The translations under genes were made by a program, and so were the position numbers. Below the pieces are notes generated by a model that did not search any database, was not told the origin of the DNA, and worked only from the letters and a program-made list of their open reading frames with translations. DNA of 64,000 nt from an uncultured Clostridia bacterium (GTDB lineage Bacteria > Bacillota > Clostridia > Christensenellales > CAG-314), in NCBI GenBank assembly GCA_944336125.1, contig CALVLA010000004.1, positions 12,784 through 76,783 of the forward strand, in the 5' to 3' direction. Positions 38,456-48,254 of the stretch are shown here, in pieces; position 1 is the first letter of the stretch; the number at the start of each line of letters is the position of its first letter.

Positions 38456-39061
38456 TTATTGCTTTGTTATAACATAAGAATCAATTAACTGACTTTTTTG
38501 ATATGCTGACTCAATATAGTTGCCAGGATTTTTTAAGAAACTATCTTCATTAACAATCTCTATATAGTCTCTCGGTAAATTAGATTCTGCATTATCCTTT
38601 TTATTAAATCTGTTATTGTAGATTACTGGGAAAAGTAATTCTTTTCTGTAACTAAAAGATCCATCAATGTTTCTTTTTTTCAACCAGCCATATGGATCAA
38701 AGTTAATTCCTGCTTGAATATAGGTTGCTGTATTCTTATCTTTTTGAATTACAGCAACTATCCCATTTGCGTAAGAACTTCGCCCATTGCGGGACTGTAC
38801 TCGTAAAGAATATTTAAGTTCCCATTCAATCCAATTGCTAAAAATCATCTGTGGAGACAAAATTACTATTGTTACTGACGTTCCCCAAATCATATCCGAA
38901 AGTCTATTCTTTATTGTTTCTGCTTTATAAGAAGATAAGTTTTCCGAGTAACCGTCTTCTCCGCGATAGTATTTGGCATCATCACCGAGTTTAGAAATTA
39001 TTTTATCGCGCAAATTTTGCGCTTCACTGTATTTATAAGAGATAAAAGTTTTACGAGCCAT
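38456..39061 (-). CDS. thsB: Second Thoeris TIR-domain sensor ThsB
   Basis: MARKTFISYKYSE, TSVTIVILSP and WIEWELKYSL motifs. Confidence 0.87.
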   Translation of the reverse strand: MARKTFISYKYSEAQNLRDKIISKLGDDAKYYRGEDGYSENLSSYKAETIKNRLSDMIWGTSVTIVILSPQMIFSNWIEWELKYSLRVQSRNGRSSYANGIVAVIQKDKNTATYIQAGINFDPYGWLKKRNIDGSFSYRKELLFPVIYNNRFNKKDNAESNLPRDYIEIVNEDSFLKNPGNYIESAYQKSQLIDSYVITKQ

Positions 39062-39185
39062 TTCAGTCCCCCCTAATATATCGTATAATTAAAAATATAA
39101 TAACATAAAATACCAAAAAAGTCAGTATGTAGGCAAATTACGTTACTAAAAAGGGGGACTTTCATCATCCATAATTTTTAATAAG

Positions 39186-39247
39186 GTAGGCGACTTTTTT
39201 AGTTCTCCCGTGAATTTGTTTACGGGAGAACTAAAAAAGCCGCCTAC
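39186..39247. repeat. Long inverted repeat (26-bp arms, 1 mismatch, 10-nt loop)
   Basis: GTAGGCGACTTTTTTAGTTCTCCCGT / ACGGGAGAACTAAAAAAGCCGCCTAC. Confidence 0.9.
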
Positions 39248-39323
39248 GCTCATAAAGATTGCAGACGACGGAGATATACCGTTTTAGCCCCGCAAGGGTG
39301 TGTTTTGGGTGGGTAGGACATAG

Positions 39324-39356
39324 AAAAAGCACAAGGGTTTTAACCTTGTGCTTTTT
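39324..39356. terminator. Probable ssrA terminator
   Basis: AAAAAGCACAAGG-GTTTTAA-CCTTGTGCTTTTT. Confidence 0.8.
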
Positions 39357-39436
39357 CCTTAATGGTATGCGATAAAGCCCGCGACACCGTTTACGAAAAT
39401 GTATTTCGTTTTACAGTGTTCAAACTTTAACGACAC

Positions 39437-39809
39437 TGGTGGAGGTGATGGGACTTGCACCCACGTACCGACGAGCGAACGTCATGCCTTCTCCGTGCGC
39501 AGTCGTTTTTTTGTTTTCCCCTTTCACGCTTGAAACGACACAATCGAAAAAGGGTGATACGCTAAGTTACTAAACGCCGACGCGTCAGGCGGCGTTTCAT
39601 TTTACCGTGTATTCTGATGCCGTTTGCCTGCCACACGGTATGCAGGGACGACACGCCGCAATAAGTTAAGCAGCAAGTGCAACGGTGTTGTAACCGTTGT
39701 TTACACTAGTTTTGTTAGCGTTTAAATTTAATTTCCGTTTTTACGCAGCCGAGCCTGCGGCACGCTTACACGACACCCGACCTCACCGGGCGAATCTGAA
39801 AACACCCCC
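39437..39809 (-). ncRNA. ssrA: tmRNA
   Basis: 5' GGGGGTG, 3' T-arm then CACCTCCACCA; tag ORF ending ALAA* at 39666-39719; downstream of smpB. Confidence 0.95.
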
Positions 39810-39861
39810 GAGCGGTGCCAAATAATAATAGCACAAAATTTTTGATTTGTTAACTTTTTTG

Positions 39862-40320
39862 TTAAAAACGTCCTTTCAATGCCTCGTGGATATCTCTTTG
39901 CTGTTGTCTTTCGACGTCTTTTTTTGCGATTGAGTCACGCTTGTCGTAAAGGTGCTTGCCTTTTGCAAGCGCAATTTCGACTTTTGCCAGAGAACCCTCA
40001 AAATAAACTTTGAGCGGAACTATTGAAAAGCCTTTTTCCTTAACTTTTCCGAGCAGGCGCATAATCTCTTGCTTGTGCATGAGGAGCCTTCTGTCCCTTG
40101 TCGGATCGACGTTTGAGTATCCCCCTTTGTCGTAAGGCTTGACGTAAACGTTTTTTAAAATGAGCTGCCCTTCGTGAACGGTGACGTAACCGTCTTTGAG
40201 GTTAAGCTCTCCTTTTCTCAAAGACTTTACCTCACAACCGACAAGATTTATGCCTGCCTCGAAAGTTTCCACCATGGAAAAATCATGAAAGGCTTTTTTG
40301 TTTGTAGCAACGACTTTCAT
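39862..40320 (-). CDS. smpB: SsrA-binding protein
   Basis: NKKAFHD, EAGINLVGCEVKSLR and KGKHLYDKR motifs. Confidence 0.97.
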   Translation of the reverse strand: MKVVATNKKAFHDFSMVETFEAGINLVGCEVKSLRKGELNLKDGYVTVHEGQLILKNVYVKPYDKGGYSNVDPTRDRRLLMHKQEIMRLLGKVKEKGFSIVPLKVYFEGSLAKVEIALAKGKHLYDKRDSIAKKDVERQQQRDIHEALKGRF

Positions 40321-40330
40321 AGTTTTTTAA

Positions 40331-42433
40331 TTATAACACACAAACGAAATCGAAATCAATCTTTCCTGTTTCGGGGTCTGCCGCCGCAACGGAAATTTTG
40401 ATTTTTTGGCTCAACGTAAACCTGTTTCGTTTTCCGAACAAGGTATATTTCTTTTCGTCAAACACGTAGTAGTCTTCAGGCAGATTTTCCAACCTTATAA
40501 GTCCTTCCACCGTATTCGGAAGCTCAACGAATATGCCGAAGGAAGTAACGCCGCTCACTATGCCGTCGAATTCGCGGCCGATGAGAGTTTTTGCGTACTC
40601 AGCCTTTTTCATGTCGTCAACGTCGCGCTCAGCCTCGTCGGCAAGCTTTTCCCTCTCGCTGGAGTGAGTTGCGGCAATTTTGACAAACTCGGTCATTTTT
40701 TTGAGCGTTGAGTCATCTACTCCGCCTTTAAGCAGATTTTTGACAGCGCGGTGTACGACAAGGTCCGGATAGCGGCGTATCGGCGAAGTAAAGTGGCAAT
40801 AACACTCGCTGGCAAGTCCGAAGTGCCCCAAATTTTGATAATAATATTTTGCTTTTTGCATGCTTCGAAGCATAACCTTTGACACTATGTTGGAGTAAGG
40901 CGTTTTTTCCGCCTCGTCCAAAACCTTTTGCAAAGTAGCGGAGCGCACGTTGTCGAGTTTTTCCTTTATACCGAGCCCGAAACCATTTAAGAAAGAATTG
41001 AGATCCGTGAGTTTTTCCGCGTCGGGTTTTTCGTGTACGCGGTAAACAAAAGGAATTTCGCAATGAAAGGCAAACTCGGCAACCGTCTCGTTTGCCAAAA
41101 TCATAAACTCCTCAATCATCTTATGCGCGAGGTTGCGTTCGTAAGGCAAAATGTCGGTTACTCTTCCCTTTTCGTCCATGGTGAACTTTACTTCTTTTGT
41201 TTCGAAGTCCATACAGCCGCGTTTTTTACGCTTTTCTATAAGAATTTCGGCAAGCTGCTTCATGAGAAGTATGTCGTCTTTTATGTTTGCGTATTTTTTG
41301 GAAAGGGTTTTTTCCCCCTGCATAATGGCAAACACGTCGTCGTAGTTCATTCTCTCAACGGTTTTAATCACACTGGGAGAAATTTCGTAATTTACCACTT
41401 TGCCGTTTTTGTCCACATCCATAACGCAACTGAGCGTAAGTCTGTCAACTTTCGGATTAAGCGAGCAAATACCGTTTGAAAGCTCTACCGGAAGCATCGG
41501 AAAAACCTTGTCGGGAAAATACACGCTTGTGCCTCTTTCGAAAGCCTCCTTGTCAATGACTGAGTTAGGCCTTACGTAATGAGACACGTCGGCGATGTGG
41601 ACGCCAAGCCTGAAAAGACCGCTGTCGGTAATTTGTATCGAAACGGCGTCGTCTAGGTCCCTCGCGTCCTTGCCGTCTATGGTAAACGTTTTTATGTTGC
41701 GAAAATCTTTTCTGTCTTTAATCTCTTTTTCCGACACAGTTTGAGGCACAGTCGCCGCGCTTTGAGAAACGGCCTTAGGAAAATCGCACTCGAGGCCGTA
41801 GCGGTATGCCGCAGAAATAATGTCGTTGCCTTTTTCAGACATAAAGCCTATGACTTTGACTATTTCGCCTTCGGGACACCTGTCGTCAAAAGGATAATGA
41901 GTGATTTTCACTACGACTTTTTGGTTGTTTTTGGCACCAAGAGTCTTTTTTTGCGGAATGTAAATATCCGAGGCAAATCTTTTTTCGTCGGGTATGACAA
42001 AAGACTGCGAACGCTTGTCAAGCCTTCCTACTATTTGAGTCATTCCCCTTTGCAAAACCTTTACGACCTGTCCTTCGTCCTCGGTACCTTCAACTTTTTT
42101 TACCAGCACGCGGTCCTTGTGAAAAGCGCCGTGCATGCTTTTGCGCGGGATAAACAAGTCGGGCGAAATACCTTTTTCGTCAATGCAAAAACCGAAGCCT
42201 TTTGCGTTTCCCTGAATTTCGCCTATCACGAACCTGTCGTCGAGAAATTTGTATTTTCTGCTTTTTTCGTCGAATATCATTTCGCCGTCAGAGCAAAGTT
42301 CCTCGACGGCTTTTAAAATTTCCGTTCCGCCGAATTTGTTTGCGACACCGAAAATTTCAAAAAGCTGTTTGACCGAAAAAGCCGTTTTGCTTTGGGACAT
42401 CAAAAGTTCCCTTACTTTATCCTTAAATGCCAT
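40331..42433 (-). CDS. rnr: Ribonuclease R
   Basis: TIDGKDARDLDDAVS, HFTSPIRRYPDL and a C-terminal S1 domain. Confidence 0.95.
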   Translation of the reverse strand: MAFKDKVRELLMSQSKTAFSVKQLFEIFGVANKFGGTEILKAVEELCSDGEMIFDEKSRKYKFLDDRFVIGEIQGNAKGFGFCIDEKGISPDLFIPRKSMHGAFHKDRVLVKKVEGTEDEGQVVKVLQRGMTQIVGRLDKRSQSFVIPDEKRFASDIYIPQKKTLGAKNNQKVVVKITHYPFDDRCPEGEIVKVIGFMSEKGNDIISAAYRYGLECDFPKAVSQSAATVPQTVSEKEIKDRKDFRNIKTFTIDGKDARDLDDAVSIQITDSGLFRLGVHIADVSHYVRPNSVIDKEAFERGTSVYFPDKVFPMLPVELSNGICSLNPKVDRLTLSCVMDVDKNGKVVNYEISPSVIKTVERMNYDDVFAIMQGEKTLSKKYANIKDDILLMKQLAEILIEKRKKRGCMDFETKEVKFTMDEKGRVTDILPYERNLAHKMIEEFMILANETVAEFAFHCEIPFVYRVHEKPDAEKLTDLNSFLNGFGLGIKEKLDNVRSATLQKVLDEAEKTPYSNIVSKVMLRSMQKAKYYYQNLGHFGLASECYCHFTSPIRRYPDLVVHRAVKNLLKGGVDDSTLKKMTEFVKIAATHSSEREKLADEAERDVDDMKKAEYAKTLIGREFDGIVSGVTSFGIFVELPNTVEGLIRLENLPEDYYVFDEKKYTLFGKRNRFTLSQKIKISVAAADPETGKIDFDFVCVL

Positions 42434-42508
42434 AAACTTATTATGTAAAAATATCTTGCGGTTAAACCCAAAAAAACAGGGCGACTTTCGTCGCCCCAAC
42501 AAACGTTA

Positions 42509-42775
42509 TTAAATAAGACCCAACACAAAAAACAGGACAGAACATACAGCCAAAACGATACCGGCGATCATAGTCCATTTTTTGAGTTTGTTTTCAAACC
42601 TTTTCGCCTGGTTTTTGCCGTAAAAAGTATCAGCCTGACTTGAGCCGGAAATTGCCGAAACGCTGCTGCCCGAGTTGCCCGGTTGTTTTAGCACCGCAAA
42701 GATGATAAACAAAGCGGAGATAGCCATAAGCGCCAGCAAAATAATCCTTAACGTCAACGCGACTTCATAACTCAT
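42509..42775 (-). CDS. secG: Preprotein translocase SecG
   Basis: Two TM helices around VLKQPG..ISG; synteny upstream of rnr. Confidence 0.85.
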   Translation of the reverse strand: MSYEVALTLRIILLALMAISALFIIFAVLKQPGNSGSSVSAISGSSQADTFYGKNQAKRFENKLKKWTMIAGIVLAVCSVLFFVLGLI

Positions 42776-42837
42776 TGTGGAAAACCTCCATTCAGTTTGA
42801 ACAGTTTAACATATTTTTTAATATTTGACAACAAAAA

Positions 42838-44385
42838 TCACTTGTTTTCCACAAGCACTTTGCCTGTCATTTCATGAGGAACGTCAAGTCCCATGAGGTA
42901 AAGCAAAGTCGGAGCGATGTCGCAAAGAGCGCCGTCATTGAGTTTGACTTTGTCTTTAAGCTCGTTATCTATCAAAACGAAAGGAACGAGGTTTGTAGTG
43001 TGAGCGGTAAATACCTTTCCCTTTTCGTCAAGCATTTTTTCGGAGTTTCCGTGGTCTGCGGTAAGCAAAACCCTGCCGCCCTTGCTGAGTATTTCCTTGA
43101 CCAACCTGTCCACACATTTGTCGACGGCGCCAACCGCTTTTACGGCTGCGTCCATAACGCCGGTGTGTCCGACCATGTCGCAGTTTGCGTAGTTCAAAAT
43201 CATGACGTCATATTTTCCGCTGTCCACCGCTTCGAGAGCTTTTTGAGTAACTTCGTAAGCACTCATTTCAGGAACGAGGTCGTAGGTAGCGTATTCCTTT
43301 TTGGACGGAACAAGAATTCTGTCCTCGTTTTGGTTAGGCTTTTCAACGCCGCCGTTAAAGAAGAAAGTAACGTGAGCGTATTTTTCCGTTTCGGCGATAC
43401 GCAACTGAGTTTTTGAGCATTTTGCGAGATATTCACCCAAAGTATTGTCAAGGCTTTCAGGTTTGAAAGCTATTTCGATACCCTCGAACTTTTCGTCGTA
43501 TTGAGTCATGCAAACCCAAAAAACTTTACGTTCCTTTCCCGAAATGTCAAAGCCGTCAAAAGGTCTTTGAGTGAAAGCGCGTGTGATTTCCCTTGCTCTG
43601 TCGGGACGGAAGTTGAAAAATATCACGCTGTCGTTGTCATTTACGGTAGCGACGGGTTTTCCGTTTTTCACGATTACCTTAGGAGTGACAAACTCGTCGG
43701 TAACGCCTTCGGCATAGCTATGTTTAACCGCTTCCGCCGCAGAGACAAACTCTTCGCCTTTGCCCAATGCAAGCATGTCGTATGCTTTTTCAACCCTTTC
43801 CCAACGATTGTCACGGTCCATCGCGTACATTCTGCCGCATACCGTGGCGATTTTTCCGACGCCTTTTTCAGCCATGACTTGTTGCATTTGTTCCACAAAA
43901 CCGAGGCCGCTGGTAGGACTTACGTCTCTGCCGTCGAGGAAGCAATGCAAATACACCTTGTCAATCCCTTCCCTCTTTGCAAGCTCGATGAGAGCGGAAA
44001 TGTGAGTGATATGGCTGTGCACACCGCCGTCCGAAACAAGCCCCATGAGGTGAAGCTGTGAGTTGTGCTTTTTGCAGTTGTTGACAGCGTTTTTAAAAGC
44101 AGAATTGGTGAAAAAGTCGCCGTCGTCGATGGATTTGGTAATGCGTGTAAGTTCCTGATAAACGACGCGCCCCGCGCCCATGTTGAGGTGACCTACTTCG
44201 CTGTTTCCCATTTGTCCCTCAGGAAGCCCTACCGCCATACCGCTGGCTTTGAGCTTTGAGGAGGGATATTCGTGAATAAGACGGCAGACGTTTTTGCTGC
44301 CGTCGGCTTTTATTGCGTTTCCTTCAAGCTTGTCGCAAAGACCGTAACCGTCCATGATGACAAGCGCAGTGAGTTTTTTATTCAT
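42838..44385 (-). CDS. gpmI: 2,3-BPG-independent phosphoglycerate mutase
   Basis: VIMDGYG, GQMGNSEVGH, AETEKYAHVT and ANCDMVGHTG motifs. Confidence 0.97.
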   Translation of the reverse strand: MNKKLTALVIMDGYGLCDKLEGNAIKADGSKNVCRLIHEYPSSKLKASGMAVGLPEGQMGNSEVGHLNMGAGRVVYQELTRITKSIDDGDFFTNSAFKNAVNNCKKHNSQLHLMGLVSDGGVHSHITHISALIELAKREGIDKVYLHCFLDGRDVSPTSGLGFVEQMQQVMAEKGVGKIATVCGRMYAMDRDNRWERVEKAYDMLALGKGEEFVSAAEAVKHSYAEGVTDEFVTPKVIVKNGKPVATVNDNDSVIFFNFRPDRAREITRAFTQRPFDGFDISGKERKVFWVCMTQYDEKFEGIEIAFKPESLDNTLGEYLAKCSKTQLRIAETEKYAHVTFFFNGGVEKPNQNEDRILVPSKKEYATYDLVPEMSAYEVTQKALEAVDSGKYDVMILNYANCDMVGHTGVMDAAVKAVGAVDKCVDRLVKEILSKGGRVLLTADHGNSEKMLDEKGKVFTAHTTNLVPFVLIDNELKDKVKLNDGALCDIAPTLLYLMGLDVPHEMTGKVLVENK

Positions 44386-45133
44386 TGTGTGCCTTTACGA
44401 TAACTTCAAATTTTTCGGGAACAAGACTAGCTCCGCCGATAAGTCCTCCGTCGATTTCGCTCATTGACAAAAGACCTTTTGCGTTTTTGTCGTTCATACT
44501 GCCGCCGTAAAGAATATAAAGTTCATCGGCGGTTTCCTTGCCGTAAACTTCTTTAACGACGCTTCTGATAAAGCCGATTGTTTCGTTTGCCTGTTCGTCG
44601 GTAGCGGTTTTGCCTGTGCCGATTGCCCAAACGGGCTCGTATGCAATAACGACGTTTTTCATGTCTTCGGCCGAAACGCCGTCAAGTCCCTTTTTGACCT
44701 GTTCGGACAAAACTTTTTCGGTAATACCGCCTTCGCGCTGTTCGAGAGTTTCACCCACGCAGACGATAGGTTTAAGTCCCGCCGAAAGAGCAGCCTTGGT
44801 GCGTTTTGAAACGGTTTCGTCTGTTTCGCCGAAATACTGACGTCTTTCGCTGTGACCGATAACAACGTATTTTACTCCCAGTTCGGTAAGCATAGCCGCC
44901 GAAATTTCACCGGTAAACGCGCCGCTTTCTGCCCAGTGCACGTTTTGCGCGCCTATTGCAATGTTAGTGTTTTCAGTCGCTTGGACGGCAGATGCCAGAT
45001 CGGTAAAAGGTACGCAAAGTACCACCGTGTTTTTGCTGCCCGCGACGACAGGAATAAGTTCGTCAAAAAATTTTTTTGTTTCGGCAACCGTTTTGTTCAT
45101 TTTCCAGTTGCCTGCTATAAATTTGTTTTTCAT
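44378..45133 (-). CDS. tpiA: Triosephosphate isomerase
   Basis: AGNWKM, GHSERR, AYEPVWAIGTG and YGGS motifs. Confidence 0.98.
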   Translation of the reverse strand: MKNKFIAGNWKMNKTVAETKKFFDELIPVVAGSKNTVVLCVPFTDLASAVQATENTNIAIGAQNVHWAESGAFTGEISAAMLTELGVKYVVIGHSERRQYFGETDETVSKRTKAALSAGLKPIVCVGETLEQREGGITEKVLSEQVKKGLDGVSAEDMKNVVIAYEPVWAIGTGKTATDEQANETIGFIRSVVKEVYGKETADELYILYGGSMNDKNAKGLLSMSEIDGGLIGGASLVPEKFEVIVKAHNE

Positions 45134-45192
45134 AATTACCCGCAATTATTTATTTGCGACGGCATTTTGCCGCCGCAGTTAATCAAATTTTT

Positions 45193-46392
45193 TTATTTTT
45201 CGTCAAGGCAAGCGATTCCCGGAAGTTCCAGACCTTCCAAAAATTCAAGGCTTGCTCCGCCGCCTGTAGAGATATGGCTGATTTTGTCGGCAAAGCCCAT
45301 TTGAATTGCAGCCGCAGCGCTGTCGCCGCCGCCGATGATTGTTACGGCTTCGGAGTTGTCTGCCAATGCCTGAGCAACAGCTTTTGTTCCTTCGGCAAGC
45401 ACAGGGTTTTCAAACACGCCCATAGGACCGTTCCATACCACCGTTTTTGCGTTTTTAACCGTATCGGCATAAAGTTTTTGAGTTTTTACGCCGATGTCAA
45501 GTCCCATTTTGTCGGCAGGAATTTTGTCGCTGTCCACAATTTCCACGTCGATTTTTGCGTCGATAGGTTCAGGAAACTTTGCCGCAACTTTAGTGTCGAC
45601 AGGAAGCAGAAGTTTTACGCCTTTTTCGTCGGCTTTTTTCAAAAGGCTTTTAGCGAGGTCAATTTTATCTGCTTCGCAAATGCTTGTGCCTACTTCGTAG
45701 CCTTTTGCCTTAAAGAAGGTATAAGCCATTCCGCCGCCGATAAGCAGGCAGTCAACTTTGTTCAAAAGGTTTTCGATAACGCCTATTTTGTCGGATACTT
45801 TTGAGCCGCCGAGAATAGCGACGAAAGGTCTGATCGGGTTATCCAGCGCGCCGCCCAAAAATTTAAGTTCTTTTTCGATAAGGAAACCGGCAACGCTCAC
45901 AGGTACGAATTTGCTTATACCTGCTGTGGAAGCGTGCGCCCTATGTGCCGTACCGAAAGCGTCGTTCACGTAAATATCGCAGAAGGAAGCAAGCTTTTTG
46001 CAAAATTCCTCGTCGTTTTTTTCCTCTTCGGCGTGAAAACGCAGGTTTTCAAGCATAACGACTTCGCCTTCCTTGACGTTTGCGACAAGAGCTTTTGCGC
46101 TGTCGCCCACTACGTCGCAGGCAAGTTTGACTTCCTGTCCCAAAAGCTCGGCAAGTCTTTTTGCAGCCGGAGCCAATGAGTATTTCGGATTAACCACACC
46201 CTTAGGTCTGCCGAGGTGGCTCATCAAAATAACTTTTGCATTTTTTTCAAGCAGAAATTTTATCGTAGGTAATGCGGCAACAATACGGTTGTCGTCCGTA
46301 ATGTTTTTGTTTTCGTCGAGAGGTACGTTAAAGTCCACTCTGACAAGACATCTTTTTCCTTCACAATTGATGTCAGCAATACTTTTTTTCAT
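45193..46392 (-). CDS. pgk: Phosphoglycerate kinase
   Basis: [21 protein letters not shown] and STGGGASLE motifs. Confidence 0.98.
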   Translation of the reverse strand: MKKSIADINCEGKRCLVRVDFNVPLDENKNITDDNRIVAALPTIKFLLEKNAKVILMSHLGRPKGVVNPKYSLAPAAKRLAELLGQEVKLACDVVGDSAKALVANVKEGEVVMLENLRFHAEEEKNDEEFCKKLASFCDIYVNDAFGTAHRAHASTAGISKFVPVSVAGFLIEKELKFLGGALDNPIRPFVAILGGSKVSDKIGVIENLLNKVDCLLIGGGMAYTFFKAKGYEVGTSICEADKIDLAKSLLKKADEKGVKLLLPVDTKVAAKFPEPIDAKIDVEIVDSDKIPADKMGLDIGVKTQKLYADTVKNAKTVVWNGPMGVFENPVLAEGTKAVAQALADNSEAVTIIGGGDSAAAAIQMGFADKISHISTGGGASLEFLEGLELPGIACLDEK

Positions 46393-46423
46393 TGTATTGA
46401 CCTCCGAAATATATTACTTGTTG

Positions 46424-48073
46424 TTATTCGGCAACGCTTCTTGCTATTTTTGCCAGATGGTCGCCGACCCTTTCGATGTTATTTACAAGGTTGATAAAAA
46501 CAGAGCTGCTTTCTATGTTGCATTCGCCGTTGTTGAGGCGCTTAATGTGCGAATCGAGAAGTTCGCGTTTAAATTCGTCGACTTCGTCCTCGCGTTTTTC
46601 GATTTCAGGAAGTTTGGATTTGTCGCGGGACTCAAAAGTCGTGATGACAGCGTCAAACTGTTCGGTAAGCTTGTCGTGCATTTCGTTTACGTCGGTAATA
46701 ACCGAGTCGGAGAAAACAAGTCCGCCCTCTTCCGTCGTCTTGCAGTAACGTTTGATGTTGTCGGCGAGGTCGGTGACTCTCTCTACGTCGGTAAGCGCAT
46801 GGTAAAGTGACCCTATTGTTTTTTCGTCCTGATATGAAAGCTGTTCACTTGAAACGTCAACGAGATATTTGGTTGTTTTGTTTACGTAAAACTTGATTTG
46901 TTTTTTGAGGTCGTCAAATTTGTCAAGTTTCGAGTAGTCGCGCGAAGTAAAGGAATTTATCGACAGGTCGAGAGCCTGTTTGGAAACACGCAACGTATTG
47001 CCTACTTCCTTAATGGTCTGAGCGACAGCGATAGCAGGTGTATGCAAAAACCTTTCGTCGATAAATTTGCAGCGGAGTTCGTCGGAATCGCCTTTTTTGT
47101 CCTTAACGATAATTTTCGAAAGTTTAACGAGGAACGAGCTGAACGGAAGGAGCAGCAGAGTAGTGACGACGTTAAACATAGTATGGAACATCGCAATTTG
47201 AGTTGTGGACGCATCAGGGAAAAGACCGACAAGCACCTGATCGTAAAAGGCAGGCCAGCAAAGAAGCACGATAAGGAAGATAATTGCGCCTATTACGTTA
47301 AACATAAGGTGAATAATAGCGGTACGTTTACCGTTGGTATTTGCGCTGATACTGGAAAGGATAGCGGTAACACAAGTACCGATGTTAGTGCCGAGGATAA
47401 CGTAAAGGATAGCGTTGCCGCCCCCGCCGATAATGATTCCGCTTGCCGTCATGGAAACAAGAATACCGGTGACTGCTGAAGAGCTTTGAACAATAGCGGT
47501 AAAAACGGTACCTATGAGAATAAGCAAAAACGGATTGGTGATAGCCTGCAATGTTTCGGAGAAAAACGTGCTTTCTCTCATTGCGGACATTGATGAGGAC
47601 ATAAGGTCAAGACCGATGAACAAAAGGCCGAGACCGGAGAAAATGATACCGAGGGTTCTGGTTTTGTCCTTTTTGCCAAGGATTGACATAAAAGCACCGA
47701 TGATAACCAGCAAGGTAATATATTCGGTAATAGGAAAATTTTGCAAAGCGGCGAGCTGTGCGGTAATGGTGGTACCGATGTTGGCACCCATGATGATGGG
47801 AACGGCCTGAGTCAAAGTCAAAACGCCGGCATTAACGAAACCGACAGTCATGACGGTGGTAGCCGAGCTGCTTTGAATAATTGCGGTGGTAGCCGCACCT
47901 ACGCCCACGCCCTTCCACTTGTTGTTGGTAACGCTGTTAAGTAGAGAACGCAACCTGTTGTTCGCCAAAGTTTCCATACTGTCGGACATAAGCTTCATAC
48001 CGACAAGGAAAACACCGAGGCCGGCAAGCAAAAGAAGTATGTCAGAAACCTGAATTTGTGCCACTGCTAACAT
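46424..48073 (-). CDS. Na/Pi cotransporter family protein with PhoU-like C-terminal domain
   Basis: Two QSSS repeats with GANIGTT / GTNIGTC; C-terminal DVERVTD and NIERVGDH motifs. Confidence 0.92.
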   Translation of the reverse strand: MLAVAQIQVSDILLLLAGLGVFLVGMKLMSDSMETLANNRLRSLLNSVTNNKWKGVGVGAATTAIIQSSSATTVMTVGFVNAGVLTLTQAVPIIMGANIGTTITAQLAALQNFPITEYITLLVIIGAFMSILGKKDKTRTLGIIFSGLGLLFIGLDLMSSSMSAMRESTFFSETLQAITNPFLLILIGTVFTAIVQSSSAVTGILVSMTASGIIIGGGGNAILYVILGTNIGTCVTAILSSISANTNGKRTAIIHLMFNVIGAIIFLIVLLCWPAFYDQVLVGLFPDASTTQIAMFHTMFNVVTTLLLLPFSSFLVKLSKIIVKDKKGDSDELRCKFIDERFLHTPAIAVAQTIKEVGNTLRVSKQALDLSINSFTSRDYSKLDKFDDLKKQIKFYVNKTTKYLVDVSSEQLSYQDEKTIGSLYHALTDVERVTDLADNIKRYCKTTEEGGLVFSDSVITDVNEMHDKLTEQFDAVITTFESRDKSKLPEIEKREDEVDEFKRELLDSHIKRLNNGECNIESSSVFINLVNNIERVGDHLAKIARSVAE

Positions 48074-48254
48074 TTAATCTCCCCCATTATTTAAGCTGAC
48101 ATTATTGTATAATTTTTGACAAATCTAGTCAACATATTTAAAAACAAAAACCGCCTTAAAGGCGGGGGATTTTTAATAATATACGAAAAAATAAAGCAAA
48201 AAAACACCCGAAATTTACAAAAAACGGGCGTTTTTTTAGGAAAATTTACAAAAT

